A DNA stretch of 64,000 nucleotides from Muribaculaceae bacterium. Lineage in GTDB: Bacteria > Bacteroidota > Bacteroidia > Bacteroidales > G3-4614. Below, piece after piece: positions 21,696 to 30,953 of this stretch; position 1 is the stretch's first letter; every line of letters begins with the position of its first letter. The position numbers and the translations under genes are program-made. The stretch lies in assembly GCA_017546805.1 (NCBI GenBank), contig JAFYRT010000028.1:742-64741 (forward strand), in the 5' to 3' direction. The notes under the pieces were generated by a model that was not told the DNA's origin, ran no database searches, and saw nothing but the letters and a program-made list of their open reading frames with translations.

Positions 21696-24683
21696 TTACT
21701 CTTCTGTTTGTGGCTTAATTACAATTCCCACATTCTTTTTACCGTTTATTTTAATAACCATCTGACTTGGAAGTTCAACAACTCTTATGTATTGGCTTTC
21801 GTGTTTGGCAGGGAGGTTATCGAGGAACTCCTTGTCGTATGAACTGCTGCAACTTGTTGGGTCGATGGTGAAATATCCGACTCCGAACGAAGTGAGGTTT
21901 TGGAAGAAGTGAGTACCTTGACTTGGCTCAATCCAAAAATCTTTAATGGCAGTCTCAACTATAACTTTGGCGGCAGATATGTGTGGCCATTTTATGGGAA
22001 TACCAAGCGCTGTGTCGCTTGAGCCCCAACGTCCGGGACCAATAAGAACATAGTTCTTTTTCTCTGCCAAATATTGTTTGTTAATCTTCTCAATTTCTCG
22101 AGCAATAAAGGAGTTGGCAAAATATCCAAAGACACCATCTTTAACGTAAACAACATCCTTAACCCCTTCATGTATACCATGGCCCAATGCTGACGAACTC
22201 TTAACCAATATATCCTCATCTCGGACATTATCAATCTCATCTTCGCGCATCTCTTTCATATCCACAATCGGACGTATCTGTAGCCAATATACCTCGCCCA
22301 TATTGTTTTCGCCACCCTTTAGGTTGCCCGCAAACTCAATCTCAACAGGGCGACCCATCTCATCTTTACCATAATTCAGCATCATGTCCAGAATTTTGGC
22401 AAGAGGGAACATTTCGTGCTTAAGAATGTTGGCAAAGGTTACAACTTTTCGACCCTCTTCATAATAACCGTCGCGTATTACTTGGTCAATGTGGTCAAAA
22501 GTAGAGACCATGCCATGCAACGATTTATCCTCATCGGCATCGGCAATAGAGAGTTTTTTGATATTGAAGCTATCGTCTATCGAGAAATTCTGATTTACAT
22601 TCTCCATGTCGAGGGCATAGAAGCGAGTTTGAGTATCGCTTAGGGCCATCTCCATTGTACTTGTTTGCAATATAGAGTTTGGATGTTTGGGCGAGAAACG
22701 TAAACTTCTGCCACCGTCAACAATATATTTACCCAATCCCACAGCAATATCGCATACTCCGTCTTCTGGCTTTTCGTTGTTTATGGGGTAGTAGTTCAAC
22801 GAGCGTCCAACTCCCGAGAATGATGGGTAAAAACGCTTGTCGTACATATTGCCGACAACCTCTTGCAATATAATGGCCATCTTCTCTTGGTCAATAATGT
22901 TTGAGGTTGCCTCCATATAGGCTTTACTGTCGGAGTAGTAGACCGAAGCATACACTCCTTTTATTGCATCCTTCAAGAGGTTAAGCATAACCATCTTATC
23001 CTCAATATAAGGAATCATGTATGTCGAATATATTCCTGCAAAAGGTTGATAGTGCGAATCTTCCAACAAACTTGATGAGCGAATGGCTATAGGGCCTTTG
23101 ATAACGTCAAACAGAGCCAAGAAGTCGTTGTCGAGATGCTCTGGAAGCTTTGCCTTGAGGAAGTTGTTTAGAATCTCCTCGTCAGGAATATCGCTCATTG
23201 CCACAGAGTATAGAACATTCTCTTCCATAAACTCATCGAAGATGTCGGTACTCAAAACAACTGTTTTAGGTACGGCAACTCTCACACCGTTACAATTGGC
23301 AAGTTCGGGATGTCGTTTTATGATGGCATCGACAAAGGCCAAACCTCTACCTTTACCACCCAACGAGCCTTGTCCTATTCGGGCAAAGTTTGAATATTTA
23401 TCAAAGCGGGTACGTTCAAAAATTGCAACAACACCGCTGTTTTTCATCTTTCGGTACTCTACAATGGCCTCGAAAATAATATTCTTAATTTCGTCGCCAT
23501 TATCACATGAGCGAACAGGCTTTTGTCTCAAAAGTTCGGCAAGAGGGAACATAGCACGCGAGTAGAGCCAACTTGAAATGTGGTTGCGACTTGCGTGAAA
23601 TAAAACCGATTCGTTTGGAATCTCAAAAATTATGTCTTGCAACTCTTTGAGGTCTTTAACCGTAGCAATAACCTCACCGGTTGAAGGATTTATAAACTCA
23701 AAATCGCCATATCCGAAGTTGCGTAAAACGGCATACTTCAAGTCAATAGGCAGAGTTTTTGAATTTTTAAACAAAAATGCGGCGTTATATTTCGAAGCTT
23801 CTGTGCTATTCTCAATATCCGAAGAGTCAATGATGATTGGTAAATCCTCATTATCCTTTCGCAAATATTCGCAGAATTTCAAACCTGCTTTACTATCCTT
23901 TTTCCCCTTACGGGTAAAAGAGACATCTGTGACCACACCCAGCACGTTGCTACTGTATTTGTCATACATCTTAACAGCCTCTTCGTAAGTACGAGCCAAC
24001 ACAATTTTTGGACGACCACGCATGCGCAACATCTGTTCGTGTCTATTAAGTGCCTCGGTTGAGAATATTTGCGATTGTTTAAGCACCACCTTGTAGAGAA
24101 TAGGCAACATAGAAGAGTAGAAGCGAATAGAGTCTTCCACAACAATAATAACCTGTACGCCAACAGAGGCAACATCCTCTTCAAGGTTCATGTTATCCTC
24201 CATCAATTTAACGATGGCAAGCAAAAGGTCGGCATTACCGAGCCAGCTGAAAGTATAGTCGACAGCACTCAAATCCTCTTTTGCCAATCTACGAGACACT
24301 TCGTGAGAGAAAGGGGTAAGCAGTACAAGAGGAATGCTCTTGTAATTTGCTTTTAGGCGGTTAATATTGTTGAACACGTCGGCATCCTGCATGGCAGGCA
24401 TGACAATTATAAGGTCGTAGCTCTTCTCTTGTAGCTCTTTTTCGGCTTGTTCAAAGGTGTAAGCCTCGGTTACGCGAGGAGGCGAACTTAAGTTTAGAGA
24501 CATATATTCCAAGAATATATGCTCTTCAATACGACCATCTTCTTCCAAAATAAATGCGTCGTATCGGCTTGCTATAAGCAAAACGTTAAACACGCGCTTT
24601 TGCATAAGGTTTGCAAACGACGCGTCTTTCATATAAAAGGCGCTGAGACTCTGACCTTTATTTTTCTCTTCCTCTGTGTTCAT
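21696..24683 (-). CDS. Receiver-like domain(s) fused to a PEP/pyruvate-binding (PPDK_N, ATP-grasp) domain protein
   Basis: 995 aa. N-terminal CheY-like segments: YDLIIVMPAMQDADVF...IPLVLLTPF has no acceptor Asp at the usual position, and a second segment reads VIIVVEDS...GVVTDVSF. The central GQGSLGGKGRGLAFV, IAIRSSSLLEDSHYQPFAGIYSTY and PVEIEFAG match PEP synthase/PPDK N-terminal nucleotide-binding motifs. No TSH phosphohistidine motif is visible in the C-terminal part (GPGRWGSSDTALGIP). Confidence 0.8.
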   Translation of the reverse strand: MNTEEEKNKGQSLSAFYMKDASFANLMQKRVFNVLLIASRYDAFILEEDGRIEEHIFLEYMSLNLSSPPRVTEAYTFEQAEKELQEKSYDLIIVMPAMQDADVFNNINRLKANYKSIPLVLLTPFSHEVSRRLAKEDLSAVDYTFSWLGNADLLLAIVKLMEDNMNLEEDVASVGVQVIIVVEDSIRFYSSMLPILYKVVLKQSQIFSTEALNRHEQMLRMRGRPKIVLARTYEEAVKMYDKYSSNVLGVVTDVSFTRKGKKDSKAGLKFCEYLRKDNEDLPIIIDSSDIENSTEASKYNAAFLFKNSKTLPIDLKYAVLRNFGYGDFEFINPSTGEVIATVKDLKELQDIIFEIPNESVLFHASRNHISSWLYSRAMFPLAELLRQKPVRSCDNGDEIKNIIFEAIVEYRKMKNSGVVAIFERTRFDKYSNFARIGQGSLGGKGRGLAFVDAIIKRHPELANCNGVRVAVPKTVVLSTDIFDEFMEENVLYSVAMSDIPDEEILNNFLKAKLPEHLDNDFLALFDVIKGPIAIRSSSLLEDSHYQPFAGIYSTYMIPYIEDKMVMLNLLKDAIKGVYASVYYSDSKAYMEATSNIIDQEKMAIILQEVVGNMYDKRFYPSFSGVGRSLNYYPINNEKPEDGVCDIAVGLGKYIVDGGRSLRFSPKHPNSILQTSTMEMALSDTQTRFYALDMENVNQNFSIDDSFNIKKLSIADADEDKSLHGMVSTFDHIDQVIRDGYYEEGRKVVTFANILKHEMFPLAKILDMMLNYGKDEMGRPVEIEFAGNLKGGENNMGEVYWLQIRPIVDMKEMREDEIDNVRDEDILVKSSSALGHGIHEGVKDVVYVKDGVFGYFANSFIAREIEKINKQYLAEKKNYVLIGPGRWGSSDTALGIPIKWPHISAAKVIVETAIKDFWIEPSQGTHFFQNLTSFGVGYFTIDPTSCSSSYDKEFLDNLPAKHESQYIRVVELPSQMVIKINGKKNVGIVIKPQTEE

Positions 24684-24761
24684 CTATCTAAAACCGTAAA
24701 GAAAATCTATTTTAGATTATAGGTAAAATACTGCATAATGCATACCATCCCCTAATTATTG

Positions 24762-24769
24762 CAAATATA
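24762..24769 (-). promoter_or_regulatory. Bacteroidota -7 box (TAnnTTTG on the minus strand) for the 995 aa gene
   Basis: Plus-strand caaatata equals minus-strand tatatttg. It lies ~80 nt upstream of the ATG at 24683 and abuts repeat copy 1. Confidence 0.4.
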
Positions 24770-24771
24770 CG

Positions 24772-24922
24772 AATAAGCGAGCAAAATATCAAGTTTACTT
24801 GAATATTTTACAGCGAGCGAGAGTATATTCGACGTTTACGTCAAATATCTTAAAATAAGCGAGCAAAATATCAAGTTTACTTGAATATTTTTTGAGCGAG
24901 CGGGAGTATATTCGACGTTTAC
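24772..24922. repeat. Two-copy direct repeat (68-69 nt units, 82-bp period), each unit containing an imperfect palindrome
   Basis: Copy 1 is 24772-24839 and copy 2 is 24854-24922. The first 38 nt are identical (aataagcgagcaaaatatcaagtttacttgaatatttt). The remainder has 4 substitutions and a 1-nt indel. The internal palindrome aaaatatcaagt-tt-acttgaatatttt lies at 24783-24809 and 24865-24891. Confidence 0.9.
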
Positions 24923-24942
24923 CTTATTTTTTGCCACTTTTC

Positions 24943-24983
24943 AAAAAAAGAGACAGGAGCTGTTTATCTGCAGCACCTGTCTC
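24943..24983 (-). terminator. Rho-independent terminator after korB
   Basis: On the minus strand, gagacaggtgctg / cagctcctgtctc form a 13-bp stem with one mismatch and an 8-nt loop, followed by TTTTTTT. Confidence 0.75.
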
Positions 24984-25011
24984 CTGTTAAAATATTTATA
25001 GGGAAAAATTC

Positions 25012-26016
25012 CTATTTCACCTCCCAAGTCTCCTCGCTTAATAGAAGGTCGCGAAGAGTTTTTCCTGGTTTCTTATTTCTCACCTCTTCCATTTGACGTT
25101 TAACCTCTTCGTCGTAGCAAAGAGCCTCTGCCGAACGGATAACGCCCACAGCAAGAGGAAGCTCGTGACCGTCCATCATTGCAAGACGTAGGTGAAGGAA
25201 ACTATCTTGAGTTGTGGCATCGTGAACCAAGATATCGTCCAATGTAACGCCGTTCTCGCCAATTTTAACCACTTTAAGATTTAGTCCGTCAAGAACAAGA
25301 CCTTTGTCCATATCTTTGCCGAATAACATTTTCTCGCCATGTTTAAGATGGATAGTACGCTCTGCTCTGAACTCCTTATCGGCAACATATTTATGTATTT
25401 GGTCGTTAAAGATTACGCAGTTTTGCAAGACTTCAACCACCGATGCACCTTTGTGTTTTGCTGCGGCAACCATAACCTCTTTTGAAGTAACAAGGTCAAC
25501 ATCAATTGTACGAGCAAAGAAGTTACCTCTTGCTCCAAAAGTAAGCTCTGCAGGGATGAATGGATCTTCAACAGTACCGTAAGGCGAAGATTTCGTTACA
25601 GCACCCCTGTCGCTGGTAGGAGAGTATTGACCTTTTGTTAAACCGTAAATCTTATTATTCAAAAGAAGAATGTTTAGGTTTACGTTGCGACGTATTTCGT
25701 GGATAAAGTGGTTACCACCAATAGCAAGACAGTCACCGTCTCCCGAAACTTGCCATACTGTCAAGTCGGGGTTAGCAGTTTTAACACCTGTTGCAATAGC
25801 ACCTGAACGTCCGTGAATAGTGTGGAATCCGTATGTTCCCATATAGTAGGGTAGACGAGATGAACATCCGATACCCGAAATAACTGCAACTTTATGAGGA
25901 GGAATACCCACCTCTGCCATTGCTTTTTGTAGAGTGTTTACCACAGCATGGTCTCCACAACCGGGACACCAACGCACATATTGGTCGCTCTTAAAATCTT
26001 TTGCTGTATATTCCAT
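25012..26016 (-). CDS. korB: 2-oxoglutarate/2-oxoacid:ferredoxin oxidoreductase, beta (TPP-binding) subunit
   Basis: 334 aa. Motifs RWCPGCGDH and the TPP-binding VSGDGDCLAIGGNH. Confidence 0.9.
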   Translation of the reverse strand: MEYTAKDFKSDQYVRWCPGCGDHAVVNTLQKAMAEVGIPPHKVAVISGIGCSSRLPYYMGTYGFHTIHGRSGAIATGVKTANPDLTVWQVSGDGDCLAIGGNHFIHEIRRNVNLNILLLNNKIYGLTKGQYSPTSDRGAVTKSSPYGTVEDPFIPAELTFGARGNFFARTIDVDLVTSKEVMVAAAKHKGASVVEVLQNCVIFNDQIHKYVADKEFRAERTIHLKHGEKMLFGKDMDKGLVLDGLNLKVVKIGENGVTLDDILVHDATTQDSFLHLRLAMMDGHELPLAVGVIRSAEALCYDEEVKRQMEEVRNKKPGKTLRDLLLSEETWEVK

Positions 26017-26028
26017 AGTTATATCCTC

Positions 26029-27873
26029 CTATAAACTTTTAAGAAAATCAACAAGTTCGCTAACCATGAATGGTTGACCTTGTACTTTATTAAATTTCTT
26101 AACTTGCAATCCCTCTATTTTAGATACAAGGTGAGTTGCAAATTGACCGTTATTCAACTCGCAAACGACAACATTTTTGTATCGTTTGATAACCTCTTCG
26201 GTGTTAGCCGGTAATGGGTTGATGTAACGGAAGTGAGCAAGAGCAGTTTTTTTACCCATTGCATTCATCTCCTCAACTGCCGAAACAAGGTGTCCGTAAG
26301 TACCTCCCCAGCCGATAACCAAAGTGTCTGCACTCTCGTCACCTTCAACCTTAAGAGGTTCTACGCAGTTTGCAATATATTCGATTTTGTTTTTACGGAT
26401 ATCGACCATTTTTTGGTGGTTAACAGGGTCTGTTGAGATAGCGCTTGTAACAGCATCTTTTTCCAAACCACCCAAACGGTGCATAAATCCTTCAGTTCCA
26501 GGGATAGCCCAATAGCGAACCAAAGTTTCAGCATCGCGTTTGTAAGGTTTCCATCCCTCTTCCAACATTTCGGGTTTAACGAAGTTGGGTTTAATCTCGG
26601 GGAAGTCGCTATCCTCTGGAATACGCCATGCAGCCGAACCGTTGGCGATAAACGCATCGGTAAGCAAAATAACAGGAGTCATATGCTCAACTGCAATTTT
26701 TGCAGCGTTGAAAGCCATATCAAAGCAATCGGTTGGAGTAGCGGCAGCTACAACAACAGCAGGAGACTCTCCATTACGTCCGTATAGAGCTTGAAGAAGG
26801 TCTGTTTGCTCTGTTTTAGTAGGCAAACCTGTTGAAGGTCCGCCACGTTGAACATCGATTACCACCAAAGGAATCTCAGCCATAACAGCCAAGCCGATAG
26901 CCTCGCTCTTTAGAGCCAAACCGGGTCCTGAAGTAGATGTAGCAGCTAAGTTACCTGCAAACGATGCACCAATCGCAGTACAAACACCTGCGATTTCATC
27001 TTCGGCTTGAACCACCTTAACACCCAAATCTTTACGTTTTGCAAGTTCGTGTAAAATATCAGTGGCAGGAGTAATAGGATAGCTACCCAAGAATAGAGGC
27101 AAGCCCGATTTCTCTGATGCCATAATCAATCCCAAAGCAGTGGCTCTGTTACCATTGATGTCTGTGTATACACCTGGTTTTTGAGCTTTGCTCTCAATAC
27201 GGTATGTAGATACTGTAGCATGTATATTGTTGCCATAGTCGTATCCTGCAGCCATAACCTTAAGGTTGGCCTCAAGAACGGTAGGTTTTTTACCGAATTT
27301 GTTGGTAAGAAGTTTTTGAGCTTGATCAATAGGGCGGTCAAACAACCAGCAAATCAAACCGAGAGCAAACATGTTTTTACATCTCATAATTGATTTGTTG
27401 TCCATACCACTGTCAGCAAGAGCTGCAGCAACCATTGATGAAATGGCAACCGGAACAATTTGCACAGTTGCAGGAGCACCTATTTCAGCAAATGGGTCGT
27501 CGGTAGCGAATGCTGCTTTATCCAAGTCGCTCTTTGCAAAAGAGTCTGTGTCGTAGATAACAACACCGTCGCTTTTCACAAACTTAAAGTTTGTTTTAAG
27601 AGCGGCAGGGTTCATTGCAACCAAAACATCTGCTTTATCACCTGGGGTGTAAACACCGTTTCCTATATGAACTTGAAATCCCGAGACACCGCCCAATGTT
27701 CCTTGTGGAGCACGAATTTCGGCAGGATAGTCAGGGAATGTTGATATTTCGTTACCTATTGCGGCAGAAATATTCGAGAAGATATTACCGGCAAGTTGCA
27801 TTCCATCTCCTGAGTCTCCGGAGAAACGGACAACCACCTTATCCACTGCTTTTACTTTTGTTAGTTCTGACAT
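26029..27873 (-). CDS. korA: 2-oxoglutarate/2-oxoacid:ferredoxin oxidoreductase, alpha subunit (fused gamma-alpha type)
   Basis: 614 aa. N-terminal VVRFSGDSGDGMQLAG and GSYPITPATDILH. The gene pairs with korB 12 nt downstream. Confidence 0.9.
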   Translation of the reverse strand: MSELTKVKAVDKVVVRFSGDSGDGMQLAGNIFSNISAAIGNEISTFPDYPAEIRAPQGTLGGVSGFQVHIGNGVYTPGDKADVLVAMNPAALKTNFKFVKSDGVVIYDTDSFAKSDLDKAAFATDDPFAEIGAPATVQIVPVAISSMVAAALADSGMDNKSIMRCKNMFALGLICWLFDRPIDQAQKLLTNKFGKKPTVLEANLKVMAAGYDYGNNIHATVSTYRIESKAQKPGVYTDINGNRATALGLIMASEKSGLPLFLGSYPITPATDILHELAKRKDLGVKVVQAEDEIAGVCTAIGASFAGNLAATSTSGPGLALKSEAIGLAVMAEIPLVVIDVQRGGPSTGLPTKTEQTDLLQALYGRNGESPAVVVAAATPTDCFDMAFNAAKIAVEHMTPVILLTDAFIANGSAAWRIPEDSDFPEIKPNFVKPEMLEEGWKPYKRDAETLVRYWAIPGTEGFMHRLGGLEKDAVTSAISTDPVNHQKMVDIRKNKIEYIANCVEPLKVEGDESADTLVIGWGGTYGHLVSAVEEMNAMGKKTALAHFRYINPLPANTEEVIKRYKNVVVCELNNGQFATHLVSKIEGLQVKKFNKVQGQPFMVSELVDFLKSL

Positions 27874-28061
27874 AATATTCAGTTTTTTATTTCATAATGA
27901 AATCGCATAAATAGTTAATTACTGCTATGCGATATGTCCCAATATTAAATTTATTCAAATTTGTTTTGTCGAAGTTGCAAAGTAATAAAAAAATAGAATA
28001 ATAACCAACTCTTGTATGTAAGAATCTGTTAAAAAATTTCATCTTTTAGCGATATTTTGAT

Positions 28062-28094
28062 ACTAAAATAGCGGAAAGATGTAACTCTCCGCCA
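28062..28094 (-). terminator. Rho-independent terminator after aroK; the hairpin arms match the GH92 terminator
   Basis: Minus strand reads tggcggagag ttacat ctttccgcta tttt. Compare tagcggagag ... ctttccgcta ttttttt at 12305-12340. Confidence 0.65.
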
Positions 28095-28129
28095 TTTTTT
28101 AGATGTTTTTAGTTGCAATTAGATAATTT

Positions 28130-28660
28130 TTATTTATCCTCTGATATTAGTTCAAGAATCTTTTTTGCAGTCTCAATAGCACCCTCTTCGGTTGATAGAG
28201 GGTCGGCATCTATTATAATTGATGCGTTGTTGTAGAAAGGCTCGCGTTTTGGTAAGGAGTTTTCGATAAACTCTTTTATCTCCTCGTCGTTTTTGTCTTT
28301 TAACAGAGGACGGGTGGCTTTATATATCTTTAAACGTTCAAACAACTCCTCTCTACTGCAATTTAGGTATACAACGTTTCCGTTCTCTTTCATATACTCC
28401 ATATTGTCAAAGAAACAAGGAGTGCCACCTCCTGTAGCAATAACGCCACCAATTGTTTCGGTAACATCTTTCAGTGCCTTGCGTTCCATATTACGAAATT
28501 CATCCTCACCTTTTTGAGCAAAAATTTCGTTTATTGTTTGCCCCTCACGCTCCTCTATGTATTGGTCAAGGTCGGTAAACGTAACATCGGCAATCTCTTT
28601 TAACAAAGTTCCGAGTGTTGTTTTCCCCGAACACATGTAGCCTATTAGGTATATTGTCAT
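28130..28660 (-). CDS. aroK: Shikimate kinase
   Basis: 176 aa. Walker A GYMCSGKTT, plus VIATGGGTP. Confidence 0.9.
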   Translation of the reverse strand: MTIYLIGYMCSGKTTLGTLLKEIADVTFTDLDQYIEEREGQTINEIFAQKGEDEFRNMERKALKDVTETIGGVIATGGGTPCFFDNMEYMKENGNVVYLNCSREELFERLKIYKATRPLLKDKNDEEIKEFIENSLPKREPFYNNASIIIDADPLSTEEGAIETAKKILELISEDK

Positions 28661-28693
28661 TAGTTGTTAGTTTTTAGTTGTTAGTTGTCACAA

Positions 28694-29392
28694 CTATTTC
28701 TCTAGTTTATCTACATTTTTCCAAGCCTCAAGACGGTAGTTTTCAGCATATTTTCTCTCCCATAAAAGCCATATAAAGAATACGAATACACTCATTGCCA
28801 TTCCTGAATAGTCGTGTGCTGCATTAAATATTTCTTTGTTTTCTGCCATGGTTGAGATGTTTACCAAAGCCAATCTGAAACAATTTATAATGTAAAAGAG
28901 TATCAGTGCCGAAGGAATATACCAAAGTTTTGGTTTTGTAGGGCCGGGAATAAGGAGCATAAGCAATAAAATAATCATCATCTCCCTGTTGCCTGCACAT
29001 GTAGGGAATATTCTCACACCTCCTAAATACTCTCCTTCGTCGCTACGAATTACAACAGATTCATTGTTTCTGTCAATATTCTGCATAAAGATGTTTCTGT
29101 TGAAAAACTCAACTCCGTCGGCGGTGCGAAGAGATATCCATTGGTTATATTCCGAGAAATCAACAAACTCCATTATTGGTTCGGGGTCATAAACTCCATC
29201 CCAACCGGTGTATATGGCAAAGTTGTCACTTCCGCCCCACCACATGATACGAACCAACCCGAATATTGCAAAGAACAGAATAAGTCCTACAAAGCCATTG
29301 GTTCTTGCACTACCTAAATCCTTCCAAAATTTTTCGGGAGCATGTTTTTTAATAAATCGGAGTAGTCTTTGATATGGTTTAAACTCTTTCAT
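28694..29392 (-). CDS. Exosortase/archaeosortase-like polytopic membrane protein (putative)
   Basis: ORF 28694..29473. I use the internal Met (MKEFKPYQ...), which gives an ATGA start/stop overlap with folK. Motifs occur in the exosortase order: Cys (FPTCAGNREMM), Arg (IINCFRLAL) and His (AAHDYSG), all embedded in TM segments. Confidence 0.45.
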   Translation of the reverse strand: MKEFKPYQRLLRFIKKHAPEKFWKDLGSARTNGFVGLILFFAIFGLVRIMWWGGSDNFAIYTGWDGVYDPEPIMEFVDFSEYNQWISLRTADGVEFFNRNIFMQNIDRNNESVVIRSDEGEYLGGVRIFPTCAGNREMMIILLLMLLIPGPTKPKLWYIPSALILFYIINCFRLALVNISTMAENKEIFNAAHDYSGMAMSVFVFFIWLLWERKYAENYRLEAWKNVDKLEK

Positions 29393-29862
29393 AAGGTTTT
29401 TGTCATGTCTGTTTTTATATCTTTGATTGAACACCCCAATATTGGATGAATAATATTGGGTGCAATTTCGCACAAGGGAAATATCACAAATTCCCTCAGA
29501 TGCATTTTAGGATGAGGAAGAGTCAAATCGCTCTCATCCGAGATTATATTGTCAATCATCAGAATGTCAATATCTATAACTCTATCCTCATAACCTGCGG
29601 CGTTGTTACTTCGGGTTCTTCCTAAATCATCCTCAATCTTGTGGACTCGTTCCGATACCTCTTGGGACGATAGTTCGGTATCGACCTCTATTGCCATGTT
29701 TATAAACTTATTGGTAGAGATAAAACCCCAAGGTTCAGTTTCGTGTTTACTTGAAACTTTTGTAACAGTGCCAATGCGTTTACCTATCTCTTCTATTGAG
29801 AGAGCCAAAACATTCTCTCTGTTGCCCATGTTTGAGCCTAACGACAGATAAACTACACTCAT
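29389..29862 (-). CDS. folK: 2-amino-4-hydroxy-6-hydroxymethyldihydropteridine diphosphokinase
   Basis: 157 aa. Motifs VYLSLGSNMGNR, EPWGF and LTLPHP. Confidence 0.9.
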   Translation of the reverse strand: MSVVYLSLGSNMGNRENVLALSIEEIGKRIGTVTKVSSKHETEPWGFISTNKFINMAIEVDTELSSQEVSERVHKIEDDLGRTRSNNAAGYEDRVIDIDILMIDNIISDESDLTLPHPKMHLREFVIFPLCEIAPNIIHPILGCSIKDIKTDMTKTL

Positions 29863-29882
29863 ATTTTATTATATGTTGGTTT

Positions 29883-30935
29883 TTAGTCAACAATCAACAT
29901 TGCGTCTCCGTAAGCACCAAATCTGTACTCCTCTTTAACAGCCTCTTTGTATGCCTCCATAGTTTGCTCGTAACCTCCAAACGATGCAGTCATCATAAGC
30001 ATTGTTGAAAGCGGTAAGTGGAAGTTGGTCAACATGGCATTTGCGATTGAGAAATCGTAAGGAGGGAAGATGAATTTATTTGTCCATCCCTCAAACTCGT
30101 TGATATGAGTTCCTGTGCAAACAGCTGTTTCTATTGCACGCATGGTTGAAGTACCAACAACACAAACTTTACGCTCAGCATCTTTTACAGCATTGACTGT
30201 TTTTGCAAACTCGTCAGTGATAATCATTGGCTCAGAGTCCATTTTGTGTTTGGTCAAATCCTCAACATCAATATCTTTGAAGCTTCCCAATCCAATGTGA
30301 AGAGTCAAGAAAGCTGTATCTATACCGCGAATCTCCAATCTTTTCATCATCTCGCGGCTGAAGTGTAGTCCTGCTGCAGGAGCAACCACAGCACCCTCGT
30401 TTTTAGCAAAGATGGTTTGGTATCTTTCAACATCTTCAGGTTCGGGTTTACGTTTGATGTAATCGGGTAGTGGAGTCTCTCCAAGAGCAAGAAGCGAGCT
30501 TTTGAACTCCTCATGCTCTCCGTCGTACAAGAATCGCAAAGTTCTTCCGCGAGAAGTAGTGTTGTCGATAACCTCAGCAACAACCGAGTCATCCTCTCCA
30601 AAATACAACTTGTTACCAATTCTTATTTTACGAGCAGGGTCAACCAAAACATCCCAAAGACGGTTAGTTCTGTTTAGCTCACGAAGAAGGAATACCTCAA
30701 TTTGAGCGCCTGTTTTCTCCTTGTTTCCATAAAGACGAGCTGGGAATACTTGAGTGTCATTGAAAACAAACAAATCGCCCTCGTCAAAGAATTTAATAAT
30801 ATCTTTAAAAACAAGATGCTCAATCTCTCCGGTTTTACGGTGAAGCACCAACATGCGAGCTTCGTCACGATGCTCGGTAGGGTATTGAGCTATTAACTCT
30901 TCTGGTAATTTGAATTTGAATTTTGAAAGTTTCAT
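29883..30935 (-). CDS. queA: S-adenosylmethionine:tRNA ribosyltransferase-isomerase
   Basis: 350 aa. Motifs [21 protein letters not shown] and [10 protein letters not shown]. Confidence 0.95.
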   Translation of the reverse strand: MKLSKFKFKLPEELIAQYPTEHRDEARMLVLHRKTGEIEHLVFKDIIKFFDEGDLFVFNDTQVFPARLYGNKEKTGAQIEVFLLRELNRTNRLWDVLVDPARKIRIGNKLYFGEDDSVVAEVIDNTTSRGRTLRFLYDGEHEEFKSSLLALGETPLPDYIKRKPEPEDVERYQTIFAKNEGAVVAPAAGLHFSREMMKRLEIRGIDTAFLTLHIGLGSFKDIDVEDLTKHKMDSEPMIITDEFAKTVNAVKDAERKVCVVGTSTMRAIETAVCTGTHINEFEGWTNKFIFPPYDFSIANAMLTNFHLPLSTMLMMTASFGGYEQTMEAYKEAVKEEYRFGAYGDAMLIVD

Positions 30936-30953
30936 GTCTATATCGATTAATAA

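Noticed and set aside
24772-24922. Possible CRISPR array or minisatellite.
   Set aside because: There are only two copies with a 14-nt spacer, and no cas genes. The units are 68-69 nt with internal palindromes. A duplicated regulatory module explains them better.
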